A stretch of DNA of 63,411 bases, filler included, from Ministeria vibrans ATCC 50519 (taxonomy: Eukaryota > Protista > Filasterea), in NCBI GenBank assembly GCA_943704425.1. It is 9 parts of 9 records of this genome, joined end to end, with 100 filler letters (N's around TTAATTAATTAA, not from the genome) between each part and the next. Parts side by side here need not be neighbours in the genome. Positions count along the whole stretch, not along the records: positions 9,140 to 19,513 come from CALSCP010000753.1; positions 19,614 to 29,874 come from CALSCP010000801.1; 7 more parts are not named here. One strand, written 5' to 3'. The position numbers were made by a program, and so were the translations under genes. Below are positions 12,917 through 28,920 of the stretch, one piece after another. Under the pieces are notes generated by a model. It was not told the origin of the DNA, did not search any database, and saw nothing but the letters and a program-made list of their open reading frames with translations. Within the stretch, counting starts at the first letter, position 1. Every line of letters begins with the position of its first letter.

Positions 12917-13345
12917 GGACTCAATATTATAATTGAATTATTATAATAATTATTTTTATATAATAATAATTATTTCGATTCATTCGATTGATTCATGAGC
13001 ATACTTTCAATCATAGTAGTATAATATTGTGCTGTGATTGTGCTATTGCTGCCACTGCTACGAGCAGGGTATTAGTTAGAAAACACCCGTGCAGCGGTAA
13101 GTAGAGCATCGTGTCATTTGTGTGGGGATTGTTGCGTACAGCGCTTCACCGTATACGGTCGCTTGTTGTTAAATCAGATCCACAATATTAATTCATCACA
13201 CAAAGACCAAGAATAATATTCGTAATGCTGGTCGACGGTCCGACTGCTTAGTGCTTATTAGAATACGGCTATGCAATATAAAATTCACAATAATCTTTTG
13301 GAAAGCCTAGTTGCTGGTTTGGCATACCATGATTGTATTATTAGT

Positions 13346-14936
13346 TTACTTTTCACAATCAAGCAAGAGCTTCCCGGTTGTCGCACGACCCTCGAGAAGC
13401 TGGTGGGCGCGAGCAGCGTCAGATAGGGGGACGATGGTGATAGAGGAGGGGTCGAGAGTGACGGTGCCGTTGGCGAGCCAGGCAAAGACGTCGGAGGAGC
13501 GACGGGCGAGCTCACCCGGTTCGGAAATGAAGTGATGGAGTATTGGGCGAGTGAGGCGGAAAGAGCCCGCGGTGAGAGTGCGCACGTCGATGGGATCAGG
13601 CTGGCCACTGGCGGCGCCAAAGAGCACCATGGACCCGCGCGGACGAAGGCACTTGAAGCCAGGTAGACATGTTGTGCGCCCAACCCCGTCAAAGATGGCG
13701 TGAACGCCCTGGCCATCGGTGAGCGCCAGCGTTTCCTCGACAAAGTCCTTTTGCGTGTACAGAATGGTTTCGTGTGCGCCGGCGGCACGCGCCACCTCCG
13801 CCTTGGCCTCGGTCGACACAGTGCCAATGACACGCGCGCCCAATGCCCGTGCCACACCGCACAGAATGCGGCCAGTGCCTCCCGCGGCCGCATGCACCAG
13901 AACCGTCTCACCCGTCTTGACTGGGTGGCAGTCGTGGACCAGATAATGCGCGGTCATGCCCTGCAGTAGCACCGCCGCTGCCTGTTTCGTGCTAACGCCG
14001 TCTGGGATGCGCACACACGTACTGCTGCTGATTGAAGCGTGCGAAGTGTAGCTATCGAGAAAGATAAAGAGAGTAAAAAATGAGAGAGAGAGGAGAAAGA
14101 GAGGGCAGATGACAAAGACAACAAATGACAAGAGAGAGACAAAAGAGAGAGAGAAAAGAAAGAGAGGACAAATGACAAAGAGAGAGACGAGAGTGACAAA
14201 GAGAGGACGGATGGCAAAGAGAGAGACGAGAGTGACAAAGAGAAGACAGATGACAAAGAGAGAGACGAGAGTGACAAAGAGAAGACAGATGACAAAGAGA
14301 GAGACGAGAGTGACAAAGAGAAGACAGATGACAAAGAGAGGACAAATGACAAAGAGAGAGAGAGAGGAGAGTGACAAAGAGAAGACAGATGACAAAGAGA
14401 GAGACGAGAGTGACAAAGAGAGGACAGATGACAAAGTGAGAAACAACAGGAAGCAATAAAGAGAGAAACTAAAAGAGAAACAAGCACAAAGACAAACGAA
14501 GAGAGTAAAGAATGGGCAAAAGGAGCACCTGGAGTTCTTGGAGTTGAAGGCGACGCGATCGCCCACGTTGACGTTGGTGACTGCGTCGCCCACCGCAATG
14601 ACTTCGCCGGCACCCTCCTGGCCGAGAAGGGTCGGCAGGTCGACTGCGTACGCGCCCTTGCGGAAGTACACGTCAATCATGTTGATCCCTGAGAAGTGGT
14701 TCTTCACGTAGACGGCGTCGGCGGGCGGGGGGGCGGGCAGGACGACTGGAGTGCAGCGGGGTCAGTAAACGACGCCGATTGTGCGTGCCTGTGGGTGGGG
14801 CGAACCTGGTTCCAGGGTGAGCACTTCGGGGCCACCGTGCGCATTGATTCGCACAGCCTTGCCGGAAAACTGGGCGGCAACGACTCACTCAGGAAAGGAA
14901 AATCCGATTGTGTTTATTTTTTGGTTTGTGTACCAT
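13346..14936 (-). CDS. NADPH:quinone oxidoreductase (zeta-crystallin/QOR, MDR family); multi-exon
   Basis: GGPEVL, GINMIDVYFRKGAY, LGQEGAGEV, LLQGMTAHYL, VLVHAAAGGTG, FGAASG, AHQLLEGRATTGKLLL. Confidence 0.92.
14090..14440. repeat. Purine-rich intronic minisatellite with a unit of about 39 nt (GACAAAGAGAGAGACGAGAGTGACAAAGAGAAGACAGAT)
   Basis: Tandem copies fill an intron of the quinone oxidoreductase gene. Confidence 0.85.
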
Positions 14937-15443
14937 TTTGATTTGTGAAAGAGGATGAATGGTTTTGGAAATTGAAACCGTCAGAGTTCGGAGCATAAAA
15001 GCGATGGAACAAGAGAGAAAGTTGACGCAAATAAGTCTGTGTGGGAAATTGGGATATTTGGGAAAGAACACAAAAATATTCATTGAATAAATATTTCCAA
15101 CACAAGATTCACTTTTACACACACTTTCCCGGAGACCAAGGGCGTATGACTTGCCTTCCATGCGGTTATTACTTGTTAGTTGCTGCTGGCGTGGGGACCG
15201 GGCGCCCTCCCTGGCGCCTGGCTGGCCCACATCTTCACCCTCTGTGCACGGACGATCTCTCTCGCTCTTATGTGTGTACTTCTCTTCGAAATATGATCAA
15301 ATTCCTCGAATTCTTCGTCGGCTCGCTGTGAAAAACTGAGAGCGTATGCGTGGGTCTATGGCGGATCCATCTTGTTGGGGTTGATCTGCGGCAGAAGACA
15401 TAATAATGACATATTGATAAACATTCATTATTTGCACTTCGTC

Positions 15444-17938
15444 ATGTCCACCTGGAAGGAAGTTCTGTGCCTGCCGGGCCTGCAGACCATTTACTGGAAT
15501 GCGGCGCACTCGCTGGTGTCGCGCACGCCGCAGCGGCCGACGGGCGGGAAGGAGAAGACGTCTTCCGGGAAGCTGATCCTCACTGTGCACAACGCAGTCG
15601 ACCTGAGGTCGCGCGACCGCAACGGGTTCAGCGACCCCTATGTGGTTGCCAGTGTGGATGTCCGAGGGAAGCTCAAGCGGCGTGTTCGCTCTAAAGTTCG
15701 CTCGAAAACTCTCTCTCCGTCCTTTGAAGAGTCCTTCGAACTCGAAACCGATTTCAGCACCTACCTACAGCTAACAGTTCTTGATCGCGACCGTCTTTCC
15801 CGCGATGACTTCTGCGGAACCGTAAGTGCAGCTTATTATTTTTTTTTTCTGTTTTTTTTTTTCTGTTTTCAAAACTTATGACGTTGCAAACTCACAGACG
15901 TTTGTTGAACTTGTTCCGTTTGCGGACGGCCGAGTGCACACCCTGACGGCTCCGCTAATGCCGCAGGGCCACATCCGCTTCTCAATCGAGCTGCACGACG
16001 ACAGCAGTCTGTTTGGGCTTGACCTGGGCGTCCTGTGTGCGCGCGACGCCCAGCGAGTCCCGCTCTTCGTCCAGCACTGCATCCAGTCCATTGAGGCGCG
16101 CGACATACACACCATGGGCCTCTACCGCATGTGTGGACGCTCGGCGTACGTCGAGAAGCTGCGTGCCGAGTTCACTGTCGCTGATTTCGCAACGGACGTC
16201 GACCTGTCGCCCGAGCGCGACTTGCGCACCGCCGAGATCGCGTCGGTGCTCAAGCTGTACTTCCGCGAACTTCCACAGCCACTCTTGCCGCTCAGCCTCT
16301 ACGACGAGCTTGTTTCCATTGGACACGCTGCGCTTGAAGCGGCCGCCACACAGTCATGCAACGAGAGCGAGACGCTTGAGTCGCTCAAGCGGCGCATCCA
16401 CGACGCCATTGGACAGCTGCCACAGGAGAACCTCGACACCCTCTCGTACCTCATGCTGCATCTCAATCGTGTGCGTTCCTTTGCCGAGCACAACATGATG
16501 ACGGCTGCGAATCTGGCCATCTGCTGGACCCCCTCACTGCTCCTATCCGATGCCATGGCAACCGACTCAGTCGTCGAGGGAAACATCAAAGTAAATGATG
16601 ATGTGATGGGATGTTCAACATACGATGACTAACGAACCATATATTCATCATAATATATATAAATAACTGTAGGCGCGAAGTGCCACAATTGAGCTTCTCA
16701 TTGAGCACTTCTCGTCCATCATGGAGCTGGGTGAAGTGGCGCACTTGCTCCACAGCGAATGGAGCACCGACTCCTGTCCTCCTCCTCCATCCACCGTCGC
16801 ACACACATCCCACGACCCCTCGCCCACTGCGAGTGCTGCACGCGACGACAAGCGGTCTTTATCTTTGTCGTCGTCGTCGTCCTTACCTGCTGTCGATGGC
16901 AATGACGATGAGATGCTCTTGAGGCACATTTATGCGCGTTTTGCAGATGAGAATGGGGTTCTCTCTGAGCCCGTAAACACCCACTCGCCCTCCAGACTTA
17001 CCACAATCAACTGACCCGCACTTAATAGGGATTTGAGGAACTGTCGCGTGAGCTTGGGGTTCAACTAGACTATGTGTCGTCGTTTGAGGCGCTGCGCAGT
17101 GCCCTCCGCGACGCACAGCCGCAGGGTCACCAAAGACGCGCCACAAAGCGGCGAGTTCCAAAGGCCAAGGTTAAGATTTATTGCAAGTTTTGTGTGTGTA
17201 TGTTCATGTGTGTACGTTTATGTTTATGTGTGTGTATGTTTGTGTGTGTATGTTCATGTGTGTATGTTTGTGTGTGTATGTTTGTGCGTGTACGTTTGTG
17301 TGTGTGTGCGTGTCTGAGGGCATCACTAACATTTTGTGTAGAAGTTATGGGATGAGTTTGACAGTGAAGGAACGGGAGAGATTGGCAGTGCGGCGTTCAA
17401 AAAACTGTACGAAAAAGTGGGGGGCACAGTGCTGTGCGACGACGATTTTGCGGTGCTGATGCGACTGCTTGACTCTGACGGGAATGGAAAGGTGTCATAT
17501 GCGGAGGTAACACACATATGAAAACTCTTTCCAGGCTCATTAATTGACAATCCACAGTTTCTGGATTGGTATGACACGCCCCACGCGAGGATACTGTCGC
17601 TGAGCGAGCGCGACATTACACAGTTGCGCACTGCGTTTGCACAATTCTCTGCGCTCGATACAGACGGCGATGGGTCCATTGACGTCGTGGAGTTTCCGAA
17701 ACTGCACAAGGCACTGTTGTTTGCGGGCTTTTCTTTGGGGCCCATTTCAGAGGTGATTCGTGAGCTGGATCGCGATCGAAATGGAGTCATCTCGTTTGGA
17801 GAGTACGCACACTATCTGAATGCAAAGGGGGCGCTTGGCCTGAGCAGCGAGGTTGGAGTGACGCTGAAGAAGCAAGGGTCGGCCCTGCTGAATGAGCGGT
17901 TACTGGAGGCACTGCGGTCCAACGAGAAGAAGGACTGA
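15444..17938 (+). CDS. C2-RhoGAP-EF-hand protein, possibly with an N-terminal degenerate WW domain; multi-exon
   Basis: C2: [26 protein letters not shown]...[13 protein letters not shown]. RhoGAP: [20 protein letters not shown] (Arg finger), [34 protein letters not shown] loops: [44 protein letters not shown]. Confidence 0.85.
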
Positions 17939-17985
17939 GTAAAAGATTTGAGAGGCGTAAAAGTTTATAGAGAAAAAAGGCGTTG

Positions 17986-19513
17986 TTAGAGATTGGATTT
18001 GACGGGGAGTGGCTGGACAGTCAGAGCGGGATTGTGTGAGTCGGGGAGACGAGGACGCGACGCAGCCGCCCTGTCAGAAAGGATAGAAAAAAAGCAAAAA
18101 AGAGAGAGAAGAAGGGAGAATCAGTAAGTAATGCATGTACACACAATGGTGCGTACTCGGGGAAACCCAACTTGTAGATGGCAACGACCGCAGCACCACC
18201 AAGACCAATGTTGTGCTGAAGAGCAGTAGTGACATGCGGCACCTGTCGGGCACCACACTGCCCGCGCAGCTGCCACGACAGTTCAGCGCACTGTGCAAGT
18301 CCTGCGAGTTACAGTATAAGAGCGACGTCACGTTGCATGTGAATACGAACCAGTGGCGCCAAGAGGATGACCCTTGGAGATGAGGCCTCCACTCGGGTTG
18401 ACAACAACCTTGCCGCCAAACGTGTTGTCACCCGCCAGGACCATCTCCCCCGCCTTGCCCTCGTCGCAAAGCCCCAGTGCCTCGTACGTAATCAGCTCAT
18501 TCGCGCTGCACACACCAACAAATCACACACACACGCACAGCGTAAAGTGAGAATATATTATGAAGAGAGTGGCATCAATCCGTACGCAAAGCAGTCGTGC
18601 AGCTCCACCACTTGCACATCCTTGGGCGTCACATTGGCTTTGGCATACGCTTTCCTATCACAAAATGCTTTTAAAACACGTCATCCTATGTTTCCGCTCA
18701 TTTTCTTACTGTGCAGCTGATTTGGACATTTCAAAACCAACCATTCGCATTGCAGAGCCATCAAACGACGAATCAAAGTCAGTCGACATTTCAATCGCAC
18801 AAATTTCGACCGCCTGTGACTCTACACACACACACACACACACACAAACATATATAATTCACACACACACACGAACATTCTCTTTTTCATACGCAAGTTG
18901 TGGTCTCGAATAAACTGCTCTGAGCACACCACAGCAGCAGCAGCGCCGTCTGACGTTGGGCAGCATGCCAGTTTCGTCAGCGGCGCATGGACCATTGGCG
19001 ACTGTCGAATCTCCTCTTCGGTGTACCTAACGCTTTCAGGTTACACGCCCAAACTTTGCACGTTTCTCTTCATCTCCCTCTTTTTCGTACTCTTTGTTAA
19101 ACTGGGAGTATGGATTGTGCACGGAATGACGGTGGTTTTTTGCGGCAATTTTGACGCAGACATCAGCGGCGTCCGAGCCAAAGCGCTCTTCATGCTCGCG
19201 TGCGGCATTGCCAAACATCTGAGGAGCCATGGGCGCCTCGGAGAAGCCCCGTGTGTCTGCCATCACCTGTGCAACAAAGAAAGGAGGGGAAAAAATCGTG
19301 GGATAGCGAACGAGGAACTCAACACCCTTACTTCGACGTGCTTGTCGAGAGGGTTTGTGCGGTCCATAAACTAATAATATAAACAAACACGATTAGTGGC
19401 GTAGTGTAGAATTGAACATGAGCCACCTTGGCACCGAGACTGCCACGCTCCATCTACCGGGAAGGCAGCGAAGCACCTGGTCCAGCGCATTCTGCATTCC
19501 TATCTGGTGCTTG
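17986..19513 (-). CDS. SCP2-type (SCPx) thiolase without a fused sterol-carrier domain; 5' truncated at the contig end
   Basis: [95 protein letters not shown]. The spliced C-terminus ends ...PVKSNL*. Confidence 0.9.
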
Positions 19514-19689
19514 NNNNNNNNNNNNNNNNNNNNNNNNNNNNNNNNNNNNNNNNNNNNTTAATTAATTAANNNNNNNNNNNNNNNNNNNNNNNNNNNNNNN
19601 NNNNNNNNNNNNNCTCTGGATTCTCTTCTTTGCGACACTTTGTCAAAAAAAAAAAAAAAAGCTGACTCCGTCTCCTGTTCTCCTTCAAG

Positions 19690-20205
19690 GCCTTGTACAA
19701 CAATCAGCCTGTCGGACACGTCACCGTCCCCGCCACCAACGGTGACTTTGGCATTTTCGCCAACCACGCACCGACCCTCGCGTGCCTGCGACCGGGCGTT
19801 GTCAACGTTGACAACGCAAAGTATTTCGGTACGAGTCGCGCTCTCTGTCGACACACACACAAAGCACACTCACTCACACACACACACACACACACACAAA
19901 GCACACACACACACACTTATATACATATATATACATATACATACATACACATACACATACTCACTCACTGACTCATACACACAGTGAGCAGCGGCACCGT
20001 GGCGGTGAACGAGGACTCGACAGTTCAGATCATTGCTGAGGTGGCCGTGCCTGTTGAGGATCTCGACGCCGCGCAGGTCAAGACGGGCCTTGATCGCGCC
20101 AACGCAGCCCTCTCCGCCGCAAAGACCGACGTTGAGCGCGCAAAGGCCGAGATTCTCGTAGACGTCCACAATGCCATGTCGTTTGCTCTTAACGATAAAT
20201 CTTAG
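19690..20205 (+). CDS. ATP5F1D: Mitochondrial F1-ATP synthase delta subunit; 5' partial
   Basis: VTVPATNGDFGIFANHAPTLACLRPGVV; VSSGTVAVNEDSTVQIIAEVAVPVEDLD. Confidence 0.93.
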
Positions 20206-20242
20206 TCATAATAAACAAATCACTTTCCTTTTTACTTTACTA

Positions 20243-21644
20243 CTATGGGGTACTTTTACTTGTGTCGTCAACGGACGATGGGTGCTTCTTGTTGGGCGGC
20301 AGAAAGTGGTCGTCGTTGCAGCGGGGGTCGTCGCGCGAGACAGCGCACAGAAAGTTGGGCAGGAGCAGACAGGGACTGATCTGGGGATTGCCCCAAAAAT
20401 TGATTGCAATGTGTCGGTCGCGCGACTCAATCTGGTGGAACCATCCACCGGGAAGGTACAGCAGATCGCCGGCGACAAGATCAAAGTACAACGGTCGCGT
20501 CTAGACAAAATCACAAGGCCATAATAATTAGTGTATGTTGGTTTTGTCTGCTCTGCACCAAGCACACATCTTGGTTGTAATATCTGCGATTGATATTGCA
20601 CATTCTCACCTCGAGAAAGCGTGGCGTTTCGTTCATCAAGCGCGTGCCGTTGGAGAAGGTGATTTTGCTGAAGTTTTCGCCGAGGGAGGCCGAGGGGGGC
20701 GGCATCTGACTGCCGGCGGAGAGACGCATAAACTTCTTGCCAATGGAGCCTTCGGAGCACACGCTCGCCGGGCGAAGGCCTTGGTAGAGGAGCATTGTGT
20801 CATCGGGCGCGAAGAGCATCACTCGCTTGCGCCCCGTGACGAGCGCATACAGATTGTCGGGTGAGTCGTAGTGGAGCTGCGAGCGACCGGGAGTGTGGTC
20901 GGTGGCGCGGCCCATCCACACGTTGAGCTGACTCAAGCGGAAGGGCGCAATGAAGTGAGGCATGTGAAAGTCGCTGGTGAGCGCGGGAATGACTCCGCTG
21001 GCGACGATGCGGTCGGGCATGGTGCTCGATGAGTCGGGATCCTCTGTGCTCTGCAAGTTGAGGTACATTCGCGGAGTGTCCTTGGTCGGTTCCTTGCGCA
21101 TAATCATGTCGATGTACGTGCTGAACGTGATGAATATTGGGTGAGCTCCCGTGCCCGACGATAGATCCACGCCAAACGGACGCTTGTCGTCGCCACGGCG
21201 CGCCTCGGCCCGAATGGTCACGTTTCCCGCTTGTTTTGCAAGGTAGTCGTCGGTCCAGAGATGCGTGCGCCAGCCCAGGGTGTCGCGAAAGCCGTCGGGG
21301 CCCAGTCGAAAGATACACGGCTCTCTCTTGTCGATGTGCTCGCGCCGAAAATCCTCTGCACTTTTTGGAAGCTCAGTGTAGACACGAGGCATTTTTTGCT
21401 TGGGCGCGTGTCGGTAGCCATTGTACATGTTGCCAGTGACAAGGGGCATAACAAGGCGCGTGGGATGCGGGTTGAACATAAGCGTCGTCTGCCGATAGAG
21501 CAGTGCGAGACCAGAGCGATACTCGACTGATTCCCGCACATAGCCCAGCGCTGCACGGTCTATCAGTCGCAGTCTTGAAAATATTCCTGCGCCCCCCAGC
21601 ATGCCAAGAACGAACACGACGGGGAGAATCGATATTTTGTTCAT
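20243..21644 (-). CDS. JmjC/cupin-8 2-oxoglutarate-Fe(II) oxygenase with an N-terminal signal anchor
   Basis: Hydrophobic N-terminus ISILPVVFVLGMLGGAGIF; FRREHIDKREPCIF; LNVWMG; SQLHYDSPDNLYALVTGRKRVMLFAP; AGDLLYLPGGWFHQI (HxD...H triad intact). Confidence 0.88.
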
Positions 21645-21779
21645 GTCAGAAAACGTTTAAAAAAATGAGATTCAACGACTGAACTACGAACACGGAGAGC
21701 CAAGTACGATTGAGTTATATCAGTTATGACTGATGACATTTTTATTTTTATTTTTCCCCCGTCTCTGTCATTTTCTAAC

Positions 21780-22317
21780 ATGCCGATGCATCCTATTGTC
21801 TCTGACATTGGGCCGTTTGCCTATCCGATTTTTGGCACGGCGATTACTTTTGTTGTGTTTATCAAAGTACGATTTTCGTCATGCCGCCCTCCCTGATACG
21901 CTCTGGTGGATAGCTTGGCATGGCCGTTGGTAAAGCACGCAAGACGCACAAGGTGATGCCGCCAAAGATGACTGGGCCGCCCCTGTTTGAGCGGATCAGC
22001 CGCGTCTTTGGAAACCAAGTCGAGCAGCATTCACTGCACTTGGCGGGCCTGTGGCTCTTCTCGCTCTTTGTCGACCCCCGCATTGGAATGGGCCTTTCCG
22101 TCCTGTGGAATGTGCTCCGTCTGGGCTACAGCCGCGAATACGTTTCGAATGGCTATTCCATCGTAACCACTCTTGTGATGTTGTGATGTGTCAGTCAAGA
22201 CGTGTGTTGAATCCTTTCCTCGTGTAGGCCGTCATCATGTACACGGCGCCCTGCTACTTGATTAATGCCGTCTTGGTTCTGGGGCCGGCTGGTTTTGCGC
22301 TGCGTGAAATGCTCTAA
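21780..22317 (+). CDS. MAPEG family membrane protein (microsomal GST/LTC4 synthase-like); 3 exons
   Basis: MAVGKARKTHKVMPPKMTGPPLFERISRVFGNQVEQ...LRLGYSREY, with four hydrophobic segments. Confidence 0.85.
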
Positions 22318-22463
22318 CGTAGTTTTGTTTTTTGAACAAGTTGGTTTCATTTTGTTAAGTCGCGTCGGATTTGAGGTTGCGGACACTATTGTTTTGTTGA
22401 TGTTGTTGTTGTTGTTATTATTTTTTTTTTGAATAAGTTGGTTTCATTTTGTTACATAACGTA

Positions 22464-24056
22464 TTAGTCGTCGTCTTCGTCGTCACGGGGATCAAGGTTG
22501 CGGACACTCTTGTTGTTGCACTTGGGTCCGGCACAGAAGGGGCCTTTGGCCGGAGGCGTGATCCAGAAGACAAGAGCCGAGAGGCGCTCACGAGCCGTCC
22601 ATGTGTGCCACCAGCCGGCCGGGACGTACAGGAGGTCGCCTGCCGAGACACACACGCGCCCGCTTGGACGATGACCCCGGAACCTCTTGCGGAACTCCTC
22701 CTGAGGCGCATATATGTTGAGAGCAGTGTAGAACGAACGCGAGTTGTTGGCGTAGTTGACGCCACTCTCGTCGATGAAGCGCAGTTCAGACGACAGACGC
22801 AGAGCATCGCCTGGCGACCACATGCGCACACACAGCACACCCGTCGTCACCACATACAGCCCATCCATTGGGTCTGTTCGCAGCTGTGTCCATCCTTTCT
22901 CGTTGATCTTTGCCGTATCAGAGCCACTGAATATATAACGCACGCAAAGCAGGGAGTGAGCGAGAGACGAGGATGGAGGGAAACAAAAACAAAGTGATAA
23001 ATAATAGAGAAATATTAAGACGTGATGAGAAACAAGTGAAACAAAACAAAGTGAACGAGAAACAACATGAAGCAAAGTGATAGAGAGAAAGGAAGAACAA
23101 AAATGACTTCAGACACATTCGACGCTTCTTCGCACACAGGGTGCTTACCGACCGAGGATATAGCTGACGGAGGGCACTTGGCGTCGTGTCGCAAACGTCG
23201 GAATGTGCATGTGGCTCGACAAACGCGACATGGGCGGTACAAGGAGCGTTTCGTTCTCCCAAAAGGAGTCCATGGGTTGGATCGCGTAGAATGCAAGTGG
23301 GTTGATCATCGCAATGTGAGCGTCTTCGTCGTCCGCCGCCGGTGCCTTGCGCCCAATGGTGTCGCGCACAATGTCCATGAAGGGAACACCGTCGTGCGGA
23401 GTCACAACGGAAATGTCAGAGTCCCCATGCGTTCGCAGCCAGACGACAGAGGTTTTGCAGTCGCCAGCTTCGGCACGCAGCAAATCGACGTCGCCCCACG
23501 CCGCGAGATCCCAGCGGTTCAACAGTGCGAGATTCTCTTCGAGCTCGCGCTTGCCCTCGCGAAACACCACCGGCTCGCGTCGCATCTGAAAGTGCTCGTG
23601 GAACAGCGACGCGGTCACGCGCGCCTTGTACGTGATCTCGCGCGGGACCCACAGCGACGCGCCCTCGCCCGACGACGGCGGGGCGACCTGGAAGCCGCGA
23701 TAGACGTTGACGAGACGCTCGTTGGCGTTGCGGTACCAGTAGTACGACGGAAGGTGGCCCTTGGCCGCAGGCGTCGCCGCACCCTCAACCGCCGCCTCCA
23801 CGTACGACAGCCGACGCACGCTCTGCGCCTCAATGAAGTCGCGCAGCGTGCGTCCGTAGATCTCCCGGCCAAACGGCGACTTGACGTCGACAAACGGCTG
23901 CAGCGACTCAGGCAGCCACTCCCCCTTCACCCACCCCTCGTCGAGGACGTGCACTGCAAAAAGTGCTCCTGCCACCATCGTCAGCAGCGCAATGCTTGCG
24001 AAATGGCGCTCAAAAAAGCTCTTCATCACAAAAAAAACAATAATGATTAATGACAT
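22464..24056 (-). CDS. Second signal-anchored JmjC/cupin-8 protein; first Fe-ligand His replaced by Arg
   Basis: TM FASIALLTMVAGALFAV; FHEHFQMRREPVVFR; TQLRTDPMDGLYVV aligns to SQLHYDSPDNLYAL of the neighbouring gene; AGDLLYVPAGWWH. Confidence 0.8.
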
Positions 24057-24134
24057 TTTTGAAGATCGATACAATCCAATTGTTCGATCGAATAAATCGA
24101 TTAATTTTACTTTTGCTAATACATTCTCTCTGTA

Positions 24135-28366
<4,232 letters not shown>

Positions 28367-28662
28367 CTGTGAGACGATGATGCTCTTTTTTTTTTCTTTG
28401 CTTTCTTCTTAGTGAATGTTCTCATTGTTTTGGTTTTAAATAAGTATTGTTCCTTGTCCGGCCATGAGCCATCCTGTCTGCTGTTTCCACTGCTTCAGTG
28501 CTTCTCGATGGATATTTAGTTTAGAAACTGATTATGAGTTGTTTGTGCTGTCACTTCTCGCTTATGGTCTGAGTCAAGTGATAATCAGAAGATAATCATT
28601 CAATAATAGTATTATTCTCTGTTATCAAACAGTTTTGTTGCATCTGTCGCGAGTGTTGTGTG

Positions 28663-28860
28663 ATGAGTGCTGCTGCGGAGTCGCCTGTGGCTGACAGTGT
28701 TTTGGCACCAGTGATCGCGTTCAAGGTGACCTTCAACAAAGTGTTGTATGCGCTGGAAATGTCCAGTTCGTCGACCATCGGCGACTTGAAGACAACGCTC
28801 CAGGACCTCACTGGTATGCACCCCCGACACACATGCTCCTGGGTGGCGTGTGTATGTATG

Positions 28861-28920
<60 letters not shown>

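Noticed and set aside
13954-14676. Long hydrophobic or Ser/Leu-rich ORFs and an apparent insertion in the quinone reductase
   Set aside because: They are read-through of a stop-poor minisatellite intron bounded by GT-AG.
14940-15400. Possible small gene or ncRNA between the quinone reductase and the RhoGAP
   Set aside because: No consistent ORF or splice model and no recognisable RNA motif.
23067-24050. 327-aa plus-strand ORF (and similar antisense ORFs over NSUN5, ADAM and the EGF-SH3 gene)
   Set aside because: GC-rich antisense shadows of the real genes on the opposite strand.
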